From Leptogorgia sarmentosa (lineage: Eukaryota): DNA of 64,000 nt. The stretch spans positions 8,990,001 to 9,054,000 of the forward strand of contig OZ210885.1 of the NCBI GenBank assembly GCA_964658305.1, written 5' to 3'. Position numbers and translations under genes: made by a program. Every line of letters begins with the position of its first letter. Position 1 is the first letter of the stretch. The notes under the pieces were generated by a model. That model ran no database searches and had not been told where the DNA came from. It was given only the letters and a program-made list of their open reading frames with translations. Below are positions 12,278-25,754 of the stretch, piece after piece.

Positions 12278-14037
12278 GGCATGTTGCATGTAAAACCTGG
12301 ATAGAACTGGACTTGTAAAACCTGGACTGGACTCATTTGTAAAACCTGGACTGGACTCATTTGTAAAACCTGGACTGGACTCATTTGTAAAACCTGGACT
12401 GGACTCATTTGTGAAACATGGACTGGACTCATTTGTAAAACCTGGACTGGACTCATTTGTAAAACATGGGCTGGACTCATTTGTAAAACCTGGACTGGAC
12501 TCATTTGTAAAACATGGACTGGACTCATTTGTAAAACATGGAATGGACTCATTTGAAAAACATGGACTGGACTAAATCTGGTCAAAAATACTTAAAATAG
12601 AAACCATTTCACAGTACTATTCAATTTTAGGTTTTTCAAATGGAAGAACAGTGACTTTTTTACTAAATATAGGTCATTTAGTGCCTAATGAATTGTAATT
12701 ATTTTATTACAGCGGTAAGTATATATTACTTACAGCGGTAAGTATATATTACAACAATAGAGACCTTAAGATTGGCGTATTTTTTTCACCGCAAACATCA
12801 AGAAGCCACGTGACGAGTGCTTGCGGTAAATTTTGCCGTTTGCGGTCCACGTTTCAATGTGAGGAGGTGCTTCCACAGGTAAGTCACTTACTGCTAGTTT
12901 TTTTGCTATTATTACTGGCAAAATTCAGATAGAATGCTTAAAACGTATTTCCTAATTATATAACAAATCAAATATTTGATTTATATCCTTTAAGCGTTTA
13001 TTTTAAGTCATTTGTGAAGCAAAAACATACATATTGGGCCGCTGCCATCTTGAATTTTTCACACTGCAGTAAACCCACAGATCTTAATCTTCTAAAAATA
13101 TACCGCTGACGGCAACGCCAACGTACGACTGCGGTTCGCGGTTTGCCGTGAACGCCAATCTTAAGGTCTCTAATAATATAGTGTTCGCAAGACTGAATAA
13201 GCCAATCAGACTACAAGAGAAAATGTTCTTATAGCTGTTGTACATTTCAAGGTCGCAGTCGAGCAATTCACCATAGCTAAACAAAAATTAAATCAAACAA
13301 ATTTATTTCAACTCAATATAAACGTTTGGAAGAACCTTTCCTTTGAGGAAGCCATTTGTATTTTGCACAATTTTCCCGCTTTTGGCATATGCAGAATAAA
13401 TTAGTCGACGTCATAATGTCGTATAATTTTCAATATGCGACATAATTACGTCATAATGTCGTATATGAGGATTTATTGCACTGCTCTTAACCAATCAAAA
13501 CTCTTGAATTATTTGAAATAAATAATAATATTAATTATAAAATGTAATTATTCCTTAGATACTATAGCTACAGAATATATCATTTATTATAGATAAACTG
13601 TACAGCAGTGTGCTCAGTGTTTTGAACTCTCCGGCTCCAGTAGTGGTGTGTCTATATATACACAAAAATAATATAAGTAATATATACTTACCGCTGTAAT
13701 AAAATAATTACATTTCAATAGGCACTAAATGACCTATATTTAGTAAAAAAGACACTGTTCTTCCATTTGAAAAACCTAAAATTGAATAGTACTGTGAAAA
13801 GTAGTTACAAATGAGTCCAGTTCATGTTTTACAAATGAGTCCAGTCCATGTTTTACAAATGAGTCCAGTCCATGTTTTACAAATGAGTCCAGTCCATGTT
13901 TTACAAATGAGTCCAGTCCATGTTTTACAAATGAGTCCAGTCCATGTTTTACAAATGAGCCCGGTCCAGGTTTTACAAATGAATCCAGTCCAGGTTTTAC
14001 AAGTCCAGTCCAGTCCAGTCCAGCTTTTACAACATGC
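12278..14037. mobile_element. Foldback-type DNA element with long TIRs containing 21-bp tandem repeats
   Basis: 12278-12735 is inverted relative to 13675-14037; unit ggactggactcatttgtaaaa; no TSD seen. Confidence 0.85.
12759..13171. mobile_element. MITE nested in the foldback; TIR AGAGACCTTAAGATTGGCGT, 3-bp TSD AAT (PIF/Harbinger-related)
   Basis: Perfect 20-bp TIRs flanked by aat on both sides. Confidence 0.8.
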
Positions 14038-16007
14038 TCGAGATAATACCTGATCGTTTACAGTAAAGGGGTCTAATAAAGAGATTTAATAGAAAATGAC
14101 ACTGAAACTATTGGTATGATTTTTATTAAAGTTTTGGAACATGTTTTATACGAGTGGTATGCCTGAGACTTTGTCAGCTGATTAAATGCTGACAAGAATC
14201 GGCAACGAATCAGCTGGACATCCATAGCTACAGGGTATTTAAACAAAAAGTAAATGCAACCATGAGGTTTTACTTGGCGTTAAATAAGACATTACCGATA
14301 AAATTTCTGGAAAGAAATATAGTAAAGACTTTAGCCTCTTACTGAACCACCATTTTTCCCCATTATAAGTAATGTAGGATTGGAACTGCCATAGGCTATT
14401 TTCTTATCCATGGTGATCGACGACAGGAAACAGGAAACTTATGTTCGTATCTTTGTTAGACAGTATAGTTAGGAATTGAGGTACTTAGGAGTTTACGTAG
14501 AGAAAAGGTGTGCTGCTGCCCAACATCGAGCAGTATTAGTTGAGGTTTTCCTGGAGTGAGAATCTACACGGAAGTGTCGAAAGATAAAGTAAAGTAGCTA
14601 AAGTAGTAAAGTCTATTAGCTATTGGGGAAACATCTGTAAGTTATTCTTATTATACATAGTTTTTAACTGCGTGTTACATCACGTTTCGCGTTTTTTTCT
14701 ATACATCTTATATTACGACTGTACGAGTACGAAGTTGGTTAATATACGATACAATTTATTCGAGTTTATTTATTTTTCTATACATGCGTTAATTTGGATC
14801 GTTTTTCCTAGCCTCGATCTCGACCTTAACTGGGCTCACCCGTAAGCTTTGAACCACCCTGTTGCCATATTCACGTCCAAGGTGTTAGAGTGTAAAATGA
14901 GTTTGTACATATCTCAGGTCATGACCTGCAGTCATAATATTTTAGCGCAAATTACAAACCATATAATAATCAGTTCAGCCATTATCATTATAGAAGCGAT
15001 ATGTAATATGTTAATTAAGTGACCTTTATCATTTATACACCCGGAGCGAAAGTGATTCAATGAAATATTCGTCGAATCACTCGAGCGGAGGGTATATAAA
15101 TGAATGATATGTTATACCAAAAAAAGAAATGACCAAGTCAAGAATACATCAGTACGCGCTCATGAAATCGATATCTACAGCTTCCGGCATGTTTGAATTG
15201 TTTGTGTATTAATGAGATTCGTAGTTGTCATGGCAACGCAAGATTTTAAAAGTGAGATAAAGAAAATATCTCATTTTCTAAGCGAAATACCCGGAAAAAG
15301 CAACCTATCACGTGATAGAAATACGGTCTTTGGATTGGACAATTTGAATTTTCAGGAATTTAATATTTTTAATTATTTAGAACTACAGTAGTGTTGGAAA
15401 TACTTCAAATCATTCTGCATGCAGCCATGTCTCGTATTGTATTTCAATAAATATGATTAGGTAACATTATAGAACACAACTGAAACGGGAGCTATTCAAT
15501 TCAAATCCGTGCACCATTAAACATTTATTTTAGAATATCTCCCATATTTCTCGAAGGTTTATTTCAGGGTTTTTTACTATATTTCCAAAACCAATCGCAA
15601 GCACATACAGTCTGCATTCCACATTAATCGAGTTTGTGAAATCCAGGTAGAGTTATGACTTTTGTTGCCTTTATTTCACTAAATACATCACAGTTGCCCA
15701 CATTTCACTAATACTTCTGCTCTAAAATATAATCTTGGAGGCTCAAAATGAAAGTGGAGATTAATCACAGTCTAGTAGCCAAGAGCTATGCGATACTACC
15801 CTCATTAGAATCTCTAAATGTTTATCCCAACTACAGCGCGCGACTTAAACTTCGAGTCAAGCTAGGAATGTTACATTTCGATCGAAAGATTCAGTTTAAT
15901 ACAGCAAATATCGTTTTGTGCACAACGTACAGTCTTTCCGGAGAAAAGTACGAAACAAAAAAGTGTAAAGATTTTTGTTCCATAACAATGATCTTCTATG
16001 AATTTAA

Positions 16008-19000
16008 TTGAGAAGAAGAACGCGTGGTGAACCTATGAGTAAACACACTAAATTGCAATCCATCTTGATACTGTAGGTCATATAATTATTATTCACATTT
16101 TCTGATGCCATACAATTTTATTTGTCAAATGGAAACCACTTTATTGTTTACTCATCATAACTTAATGTGAAACAAATTTCATACGCAGATCTTGATCAAC
16201 GTATTTTTCAAGTTAAATCCTCACTACAGTATCACTTGAGTGGCAAGCTAAAACATTACATCTGGCAAATATCTGTCTCAACGCGTCTTTGCGCACAATA
16301 GCTAATCTCAATGGCTTTGAAGGTCAAGTATGTTTGATATTATTGTAGCTACGATCTTTTCAGTGATGTGAGATAAAGCAAAACAGAAAAACGATGTAAT
16401 AAATATTTTGGTGATTGTAACAAATGTAGTGGTGTCCAAAAGAATGAGGCCGTAGCTGTTATGGAAAATTCGCATTGGGAATATTTCTTTGAAGCCGCGA
16501 CACATATGAAATGAAATAATGATATTTGATACGAATTGCGTTTATAATGTGCTAGACTGACACAGCGAGCTAGCAACCGAAATGTTTTGAATTGCATGAA
16601 GCGCATAAAACGTCTTTAAGGCAACTTGAATGCTCACTCCAATAGCTGCACTTAGGGATGGAAAATAACCACTCATTCAATGTCGTCTCTATCAATCACG
16701 TTATTCATTTATAAGTTGAAGTGCTAAATCTTCTAGTCTGGCTCATTTCCTAAGCCTACCTCGACCTCCATAAGTCCATAAAGCTTCGTGTTTATGTATC
16801 GCAGCTTTTCAAACACTGATATACGTCTGCGTTGTGCATATATTAATTTATCAAATTTACAGGCATTTCTCAGTAATTTAATTCATCATTCGAATCAACG
16901 TCCAACGTCACTATAAAATATAATCCAATTTTCTAAAATTTGATACACTCGCGGGTGTCTTTAGCACACAGCCCACTTGGTTCCTTCTTGAGATGGTAAC
17001 TTCGAAATAGTAAAAATATAGTATGCTGCTCAAGTTCAGTGACCTGGTCTGGCAGAAACATTATCTGTATGTACATTTACTATAAATCTGTGTATAGTAA
17101 ATCTATGAATCTATAAATCAGGATCAAGACCTTGCGGTGATTTACACGAACAAAGGCAACTGATACTTGTAGGTGAATCTGCAGATATCTCACATCATAA
17201 CAGTGAGAATATTTCAGCGCATATTATGAAATTTCACACTAGTAATCAGTCGTTATCAGTGCATTATATAGGAGCGATATGTAAAAATTATGTTAGGTTA
17301 ACCTTTTCAGTTTTAAAACCTACTAGACCTACTATATATTGCTGCAAATACTTACAAATCATTCTGAGTCATGTTTCCTAACTACAGCACGCAACTTAAA
17401 CTTCACCTGATATACCAGAATATGATTTTTAATTTCTGTACATTCACTGCGGATCAGTACAGATAGTATCGTGCAAAATATAACGCGAAACCTGCTCAGC
17501 ATAAGCAATTATGTGTGGCATTCTTGATCGGTAATCTCTTCGATTTGTATGCGTGGATTATACAGTCTTCCTATATTCTTGTTAGCATATTATAACCCAG
17601 TTAAATTCATAGAAGATCATTATTTTGGAACAAAAATCTTTACGCTTTTATGTTTCGTACTTTTACACGGTAAAGACTGTACGTTATGACATAAAACGAT
17701 ATTTGCTCTATTAAAAATATTTCGATCTAAATGTAACATTCCTAGCTTGACTCGGCCAATGCGATTACTGCGGAATGCCGACTGCGTGTACTCGCGGATA
17801 TTATCCTATGCTTTTGCAATGTAGAGTACTAGAATACAAAGTCTTTAGAAATATCATACGAGAAATCCCAACTATTTTCTACAAGCGCAGCAGAGCCCAT
17901 GGCCTAGAGTGGGCTGTAGCTTCCTCAATTTCTTGTTGAGAAGAAGAAAGCGTGGTGAACCCATGAGTAAACACACTAAATTGCAATCCATCTTGATACT
18001 GTAGGTCATATTAATTATTATTCACATTTTCTGATGCATACAATTTTATTTGTCAAATGGAAACCACTTAATTGTTTACTCATCCTAACTTAATGTGAAA
18101 CAAATTTCATACGCAGATCTTGATCAACGTATTTTTCAAGTTAAATCCTCACTACATGCAGTATCACTTGAGTGGCAAGCTAAAACATTACATCTGGCAA
18201 ATATCTGTCTCAACGCGTCTTTGCGCACAATAGCTAATCTCAAGGTCAAGTATGTTTGATATTATTGTAGCTACGATCTTTTCAGTGATGTGAGATAAAG
18301 CAAAACAGAAAAACGGTGCAATAAATGTTTTGGTGATTGTAATAAATATAGTTGTTATGGAAAATTCGCATTGGGAACATTTCTTTGAAGCCGCGACACA
18401 TATGAAAGGAAATAATGATATTTGATACGAATTGTGTTTATAATGTGCTAGACTGACACAGCGAGCTAGCAACCGAAATGTTTTCAATTGCATGAAGCGC
18501 ATAAAACGTCTTTAAGGCAACATGAATGCTCACTCCAATAGCTGCACTTAGGGATGGAAAATAACCACTCATTCAATGTCGTCTCTATCAATCACGTTAT
18601 TCATTTATAAGTAGAAATGCTAAATCGTCTAGTCCGACTTAGCCTACCTCGACCTCCATAAGTCCATAAAGTTCCGCGTTATTGTATCGCAGCTTTTCAA
18701 ACACTGATTTACGTCTGCGTTGTGCATATATTAATTTATCAAATTTAAAGTCATTTCTCAGTAATTTAATTCATCATTCGAGCCAACTTCACTCACTAAT
18801 AGAATCTAATTTTCTAAAGTTTGATATACTGCCCACATCGTTCCATCCTGAGATGGTAACTTCGAAACCGTAAAAATATAGCATGCTGCTCAAGTTCAGT
18901 GACCTGGTCTGGCAGAAATATTTTCTGTATGTACATCAACTATAAATCTGTGTATAGTAAATCTATGAATCTATATCAGTTATAAATCAGGATCAAGACC

Positions 19001-19400
19001 TTTCGGTGATTTACAGGAACAAAGGCAACTGATACTTGTAGGTGAATTTGTAGGTAAACCTTTTCAGTTTTAAAACCTACAATATTGTTGCAAATACCTC
19101 CTAATCATTCTTAGTCATGTCTCCTATTGTATATTTCAATAAATATGAGTAGTCCTTGTTTGTGCTTTTGCCTTGTCTTATGGTTGTGCAAGCTATAACA
19201 ATAACATGTGTAGGTAGCATTATACAACACGCTGAACCGGGAAAATATTCAATTCGAATCCGTGCCCCATTATACATTTATCCATCTTAGAATAATTCAC
19301 ATTTCTCGTATTGTATAGCATATTTGAAGATCATTTTGCACCCCATTCCAAAAGCATTTGCGAGTGTACACAGTCTGCATTCCACAATAATCGCGTTGGC
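16008..19400 (+). repeat. Local direct duplication (~16008-17330 vs ~17936-19100), with further partial copies and an inverted piece
   Basis: Clearly alignable copies; 15855-16008 is inverted at 17601-17754; 15395-15640 resembles 19085-19400. Confidence 0.85.
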
Positions 19401-21168
19401 TAATTGACACTAGAAATATTATGTTTCTTACCTTTATTTGAGTATGCCTATCGCAACATTTTGAATAAATGTTTTCTTGTGCTATATCGTACGGTCTTTA
19501 CGTTCAAATACGAAACTCCCATAAAAGTCTAAAGACTTCGGAACCCAAATAGATAATCTTCTTTTGGTTTCAAAACGAAAGCGGAAATAAATCATTAGGC
19601 TGCACGTATGCCAAGAGCAATGCGAGAAAATATTGAAACCTGACACGTTAAAAATACATGGCATGTTGCTTGGGAAATAAATAAAACTTCAATCAAGAGT
19701 ATCGAAAGGGGGTTAACATACGCAGTTTAATTTCCTTACAGTTGACTATCGCCTCTTTCTACTACGTACGACTTGTGTTAATTATAAATTGCATTGGACA
19801 TCGTTTTGCCTGCCTGTTAAAATTTAATTGGTGTAACTGTAAAATTATGACTTAAAAAACATTTAAAATTAGTAATATATACCATATAGTGTCATAGATT
19901 AACTCGGAATTAAAATAGGCGCGGGAATGTAGCTATAAAATAGTAAACCAGAATATATCGCCGATCTCCCAAAGCCTCTCGTGAATACCTCTGGGTTACA
20001 TTAGTGCATGATGGAAATGTTTATTGGTACTGAAGCAGATAACCTTGATTGTCAATGCTTGAACTCATTAACTCCAATCCATGTACTTTATTATTTTACT
20101 CTGATGTCAGATGATATTACGTACTGACATAAGGGAAAGCGATGCTTATCAAATGACTTACCCTGTTACCCATTCAATTGAAAATACACCTTGATGATTG
20201 ATCAGTACTACTTTATCTTTGGACACATTGTAATGCCAGACAATTCATATTTCCCTTGACAAGCGAAAACCACAGCTGTGTTTTTTCCCATACCAAGACT
20301 CGATTTAGTTTCAAAACGAAAGCGGAAATAAATCATTAGGCCGTATACGAAAAATCTTGCTGACGTGCTTCTTGTTGCTGCCTTCCCGGAATTTAGATAT
20401 CAGTCATTCCTTGAGATATGCCGTATAATATGGAAAGGAACAGCGAGCCATGGCAAAAGACTTGAAAGAAAAGCCCAGATTCAAGGTATCATACATTAAA
20501 TGTCGGTACGGTATTTAAGTTCAAGATCGAATGGCTCTTTTGAGTCAGGTATATGCATTATAATAATAATTATGATTTTTTCCTCATTATAATAATTTTT
20601 TCCTCAATATTTTTCTGACCACAATGGTCAGGGTTAGGATTCTAGGGTTTGGGTTGGGATTAAGGAAATTCTTAGTATATAGAAAAATGGTTTATATCTA
20701 ACACTATATAACTGTATCAAGAGTAATACTGAAACCCGGCCAGCAAGCTTAGGCGATAGTCCAGCGTGGGCATTACCCGTGTTCTCAATTGAGAAATATT
20801 GGGTACTACCCGTTGAGGTCTTTGTTCAACGGCTGTCAGGCAATTCCTGTAGTAGCTACCTTCAGAGGAGTATGGCTGGTGAACAAGACAAGGAGTTACA
20901 ATTAGTTGTATCACCGAACACATTTGTAACAGACCAGGGCACACAGGGCATTGTGAAGATAGGTAGCTACGGATCCATTGGGGTGACAAGGATCATATGT
21001 GACGATTTCATTACTTTAATAAACTGTAACATTTTACATATATCGATGTTAAAATCGGTGAAACAAAAATCTCAGCGACATTGTTCAACTTGTCAACAAC
21101 ACACGAGGCATAAAAATAGATACGTCGAAAGTTCGAACTAGAATGCATTACGCAATATCAATTCAACA

Positions 21169-21420
21169 CGTCTTGATTTACCATTCCGTGGTCATCGTGA
21201 AGATGCTAAATACCATCCGGAGGCTGGCAGTTACTCTACGGGGGGAGTTGGCAAGTTTACAGAATCTCTTAAATTTAGATTTCGGGCTGGGGACAAAGTT
21301 TTGGAGAACCATCTGAAAAATTATGGCAAAAATTAGAGTTAATATCTAAGACTAACAAAAAAAAACTATTTTAGGTGCTGTGGTCAAGTGATCAGTGAGC
21401 AGATCATTAAAGACATTAAG
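21169..21420 (+). pseudogene. hAT transposase remnant (DUF4371/PRKRIR-like)
   Basis: RLDLPFRGHRED...GKFTESLKFRFRAGDKVLENHLKN*...CCGQVISEQIIKDIK with stops and a frameshift; hAT-like end (ccccc...gcctg) at ~22280. Confidence 0.7.
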
Positions 21421-24173
21421 GCGAGTCCTGGCGCCTCAAAACGAGCAGCTTTAGCCTTTGCAAAAGGGCTGTCCATGTCAGTGTAGGCTGCTACACTGTA
21501 TATTACAATACGTAATTAGTCTGACTTCGTATTATCATATCACGGGGAAAAATATCTCCCAAGCTTTTCAAATACCTGCTGCGATCGTATGAACCGTTGT
21601 ATCCGAGAATAAAGACAATATTACAGCAAATCCGTGAAACATGCACGAAGACTTGCCATCTTTCACCAGAATTTTCGTGTTTGGATTTTGGGAGTTTCAT
21701 TATTTTTTCTGGCTTATCGTCCGTCCTGAACAGTGATAAGACGCCGATTCACTCCTGCCTCTGCTTACACATAATTATTTAACAGTTGAACATCGAACGC
21801 AACCAGGAAGAAAATACCGCGATTCTAACAATAAACGTATCAGGAATTATATTTATATCTATTACAGTCAAATTTGAAAAGGATTCCAACAAAAAACGTA
21901 TTAATAATTGTATCTTTACATCAACACAAACGCAAATTAACTGTAATGACTTTATATATACTTCGGCTATATGTCGGTGGATTGAAATTGCTTATTTAAT
22001 AAAAAAGTTGTTTTTATTTCTTTTCCAATTTAACCCTGGCGGCTACTCTGCTCCCTTTCTTATCTCAATGTAGAAATGTGATCGTTTCACCTGTTGATAT
22101 TAATTGTCAAACAAGAATACTTGGTCAGACAAATTAGAATTTCAATTGGAATTGAGGCTGGTGAAATGTTAAGGTGAGTTAAATAGGTGCGTTTCATCTG
22201 AAATAAGTAAAACTGTTAAATATAATGGTTTAAGGAGGGTGTTACACCCCCCCCCCCCCACCCAGGTCGCTATGTGCCTGTAATGGATTGCATGCCAATA
22301 TTGCATTTTAGCTGCTAAAGCTGGGACTTGGTAATATCAGTGTTAAACAGTGTATCGACAAAAAAATTTGTTGTCGCATTCTGGCGCGTTTATAAAAAAA
22401 TGTGTCTGAATAATTATATAGCAGTTGGAAAACTACTGACTGATTTTATGTCGTCTTATCAGTTATCATTAGTTCTTTTCACTGTAGTTGCTTGATAGCA
22501 ATGCGTGGTAATACAACATTTTAAAGTAATAAATTCCTCTGTACGTCATGGATTATATGCTCTAAAAGTATATTGCTAGGACTCGCTGAAATATAATCAA
22601 CCATCTGTAGGGAAACTGATTGAAAGTGTCATTTTCATTTTAGTTGTCTTTCAAGCGAGGAAATGATAACAAAAGACGCAGCAGTTATTCGAAGTGTCAA
22701 CATATGACTGGTCATTTGGTGATGGTCCGTTTGGCGAGATTGTTGGCATAAGTGATGCAAAGGAATGGGTTAAAAAATGCAATGAGATCTTGCACTACAT
22801 TCGTGAAAAGACCCAAGATGAATCGATATCAAATGAAAATGAAGAGCGAACTCGTGCAGTTTCAAATCAGCCAGATCAACTGGGAACAAACGTTGTAGAT
22901 ATCACGGCAAAAGATGGAAAAGATAATGATGGGAAGAGGAAAGCAAGCTCAACGTCTTTACAGGGGGATACGTCCAATACGTCAATTGGTGCTGCATTAC
23001 AATGCAAATAGGAACGCTTTGTGCCTTGTATCTACTGAGGACGATGAATTGTATCTTATCAAAACAAAACTAACAAATTTGATGAACGATCTGTAGGAAA
23101 GTATCACTGGCCGAAAGTTTAACGCATTTCATCATTGCCAGGAGTTTACACACTAGTTGACGAAGTCAGATTGTTAGATATTCTATCAAAACAATTTTCT
23201 CCAGCTGGTAGAAAGAGTCAATTGTGCTTCACGTCAAACATACAACGTAGTAATACTGGCAAGTGTTGATGACGCATTCTGTGCTAAAAGATGGATAGAT
23301 GGATTGTAGACAACAGTTGAAGAAGTCAGAGTGTTAGATATTCTATCAAAACAATTTTCCTTTCAGCACAACACTGCAAATTAATTTACCATTAATAGTA
23401 TAAACTAGTGTTAATCGTCTATAATAAAAATTGGCGAAACTTTTCATTGAAGATCGTTAATTTTTAACTGAGAAAATAAGGTCCAAATTTAATTTCAATG
23501 ATTTCGGTAAATCTGGCCACCTTAACTTTGTCAAAAGGTTATGTTTTCGTAAGAGGCTGTGGGAAGTCTGTTTTTGTATTTTTGATGGTCAATAGCTAGT
23601 CTTTTGGCATCATATATTTGTGGTTGAATAGAATCGCTTGTGGTAGTTGAATAACTTATAAATTTATTTGTTGCATATCTGCAACGTTGCCACAAAATGG
23701 TTAAATTAGATCAAATTACTTGAACTTCATTGTTTTGATGGAAAATATAAGATTTTCCCACATATTTTGTTTAGATTATTGTCAATTCGTCAAGTTTTTG
23801 GCTGGTTTTCGGCCAAAAGAACCGGCCAATCACAATTGATAATCTAACATCATAATATATTTGAAATTAGGAATATATTATTTTGATTTTTGACAATTTC
23901 AACGTGCTGTTCGGGTACTTTATTCTACTGTTTGTCCTGGTGTAAATGATTCCAGTTACGAAATGAAACGTTGTAGCAGAGTTACACTTGAAACAGTCGA
24001 TTGGGGGTGTAAAGTCTGTGTAACGCACCCCTCTGACTTCTGACTGTACAGCAATCGCCATAAAAAAGTGTCGGCATACGGAAGGTAGAGTAATCGATGT
24101 GTAGATTGTTAAACCTCAAAGTGAACCAGTTTTTGAAACTCTCAACGAAAAGGTTCACGTCAACCATCGAAAA

Positions 24174-24385
24174 GTGTCGAACACAAGTAATTGGGAGAGA
24201 ATTCTAGAGGCGATGTTACGAGTACGAATCGACAATGAAGATTTTGGGGAGGGCACTTCCACTTGTGTGGTTTGTGGCGATTCAACAATTCGTTGCCAGT
24301 ACTTTGGCCCTGAACAGTACTTTTGCCACATCTGTGCCGAACGCCAAATAGGAATCAATTTCATGTCCTGGAGCAATGGAAGGTA
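24174..24385 (+). pseudogene. Cys-cluster coding fragment, probably transposon-derived (CxC/KDZ-like)
   Basis: CVVC...IRCQYFGPEQYFCHIC pattern, followed by a possible donor; no intact gene context. Confidence 0.3.
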
Positions 24386-25754
24386 CTACATAATTTCATA
24401 GACAAATCACCACATATCTCATTCCCTTACACAAGACTGAAATATTTATGTGGTGAGCGGAAGAATGAAGAACTGTTACGCAAATTACAGTGTGTTCTTG
24501 CTGGTGACACGAGTCTTCGGAAGACGGAAAAGGAGCTACGTCGCTTGAAGGAAATAAGGGCTTTACAAAACTATTTTGTGAAGTACACTGACTGTACTTC
24601 ATGGAATGAAGCTGTAGTGTCACCCACACAATCAAAGAACGCGCAAAATATGCGTTTGCGCGCACAAACTTAATTCGTCATTGGAACAATATTCATCGTC
24701 ATAATGCTGTTAGGAAATGAACTCGCCCATATTTTTTCCGTTACGCCCGCAAATGACATCAACATAAAATTTCCGTTTAACACCTAACCTAATAGTGCTA
24801 ACGCGCCCCAATTATCTGGACACTAATCCTAATTGCATTTCCGCCTCGCCTTTACTAGCTAACGTATAAAATAACGCGCGAATTCATATAGTCAGACAGT
24901 CTTAGTTTCGCGCTTGGTGAGTTATTATCAACTGTATTCTTTTGTGATGCTACTTTAATATATGTGAATAAATATTATATGTGTACAAAATCTTATTAGT
25001 GTTGAGTATTTCATATACAACTTCGCACAATACAACTCGAGCGAATCTCACATACTCTGTCATACTCAAATACTAAAAAGCCAACCAGAGGTAAATATAA
25101 TACATGTACATTGTACAATACTTTCAAACTGTAGTTATGAACTATTGCATTCTGCAAATTTTAAAAAGCTGACTTCAGCAGATATCCAAAGTAATCTATA
25201 GTTAATTAATATCTCCATCCATCTAATGCTCCATTCTTTTTTCACTTGTAAGTTATCCTAAACATACCAGTGAGGCCATTTTCCAAGGATTCCGTGGAGA
25301 AATTGGGCGTAGATTGGCAAAACCGCCATTTAAATCTTTTGTGCAAAGAGCAGTAGTTGAGGCATCATCCCTACCAACACCAGAGTTGGGCAGTCGTTAT
25401 TGAGAAAAACTGTCTGGAGCAGTAAAAGATTTCAGAGGAGCAGACCTTGTATTCTTGGAATACCTAAGGTATGTTGGGATATTTGCAAAATTCCCTTGCT
25501 ACAGCCTGCCTGCCTGTGTTAACGGGTCCTTATAAAAAATATAATAGATGGATTTAGAAAACACGACGCGACGTCGACGACGTGAAAATGGGGTGGCAAG
25601 AAGAATTTTACTTCCGGTTTAGTCTAGCATGTATTCTTCGTCTTTTTCAGGACGTCATTCAGGTGGTTTTCACGTCGTCTTCAGAACGTCAAATGTTTAT
25701 ACGTTTTCTTCACGTTGTTGGGGAACGTCGTTTGACGTTGTAGTAACGTAGTTA

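Noticed and set aside
12250..14053. Repetitive ORFs (QMSPVHVL)n on opposite strands
   Set aside because: Translations of the 21-bp repeats in the foldback arms.
14454..14682. Possible solo LTR (TG...CA)
   Set aside because: No TSD, PBS/PPT or second copy in the window.
16308..18502. Duplicated short ORFs (MRFMQ...)
   Set aside because: The copies differ by frame-changing indels and show no domain signal; non-coding duplication.
22694..23011. 105-aa ORF as a gene
   Set aside because: No recognisable domain or consistent exon chain; probably decayed transposon sequence.
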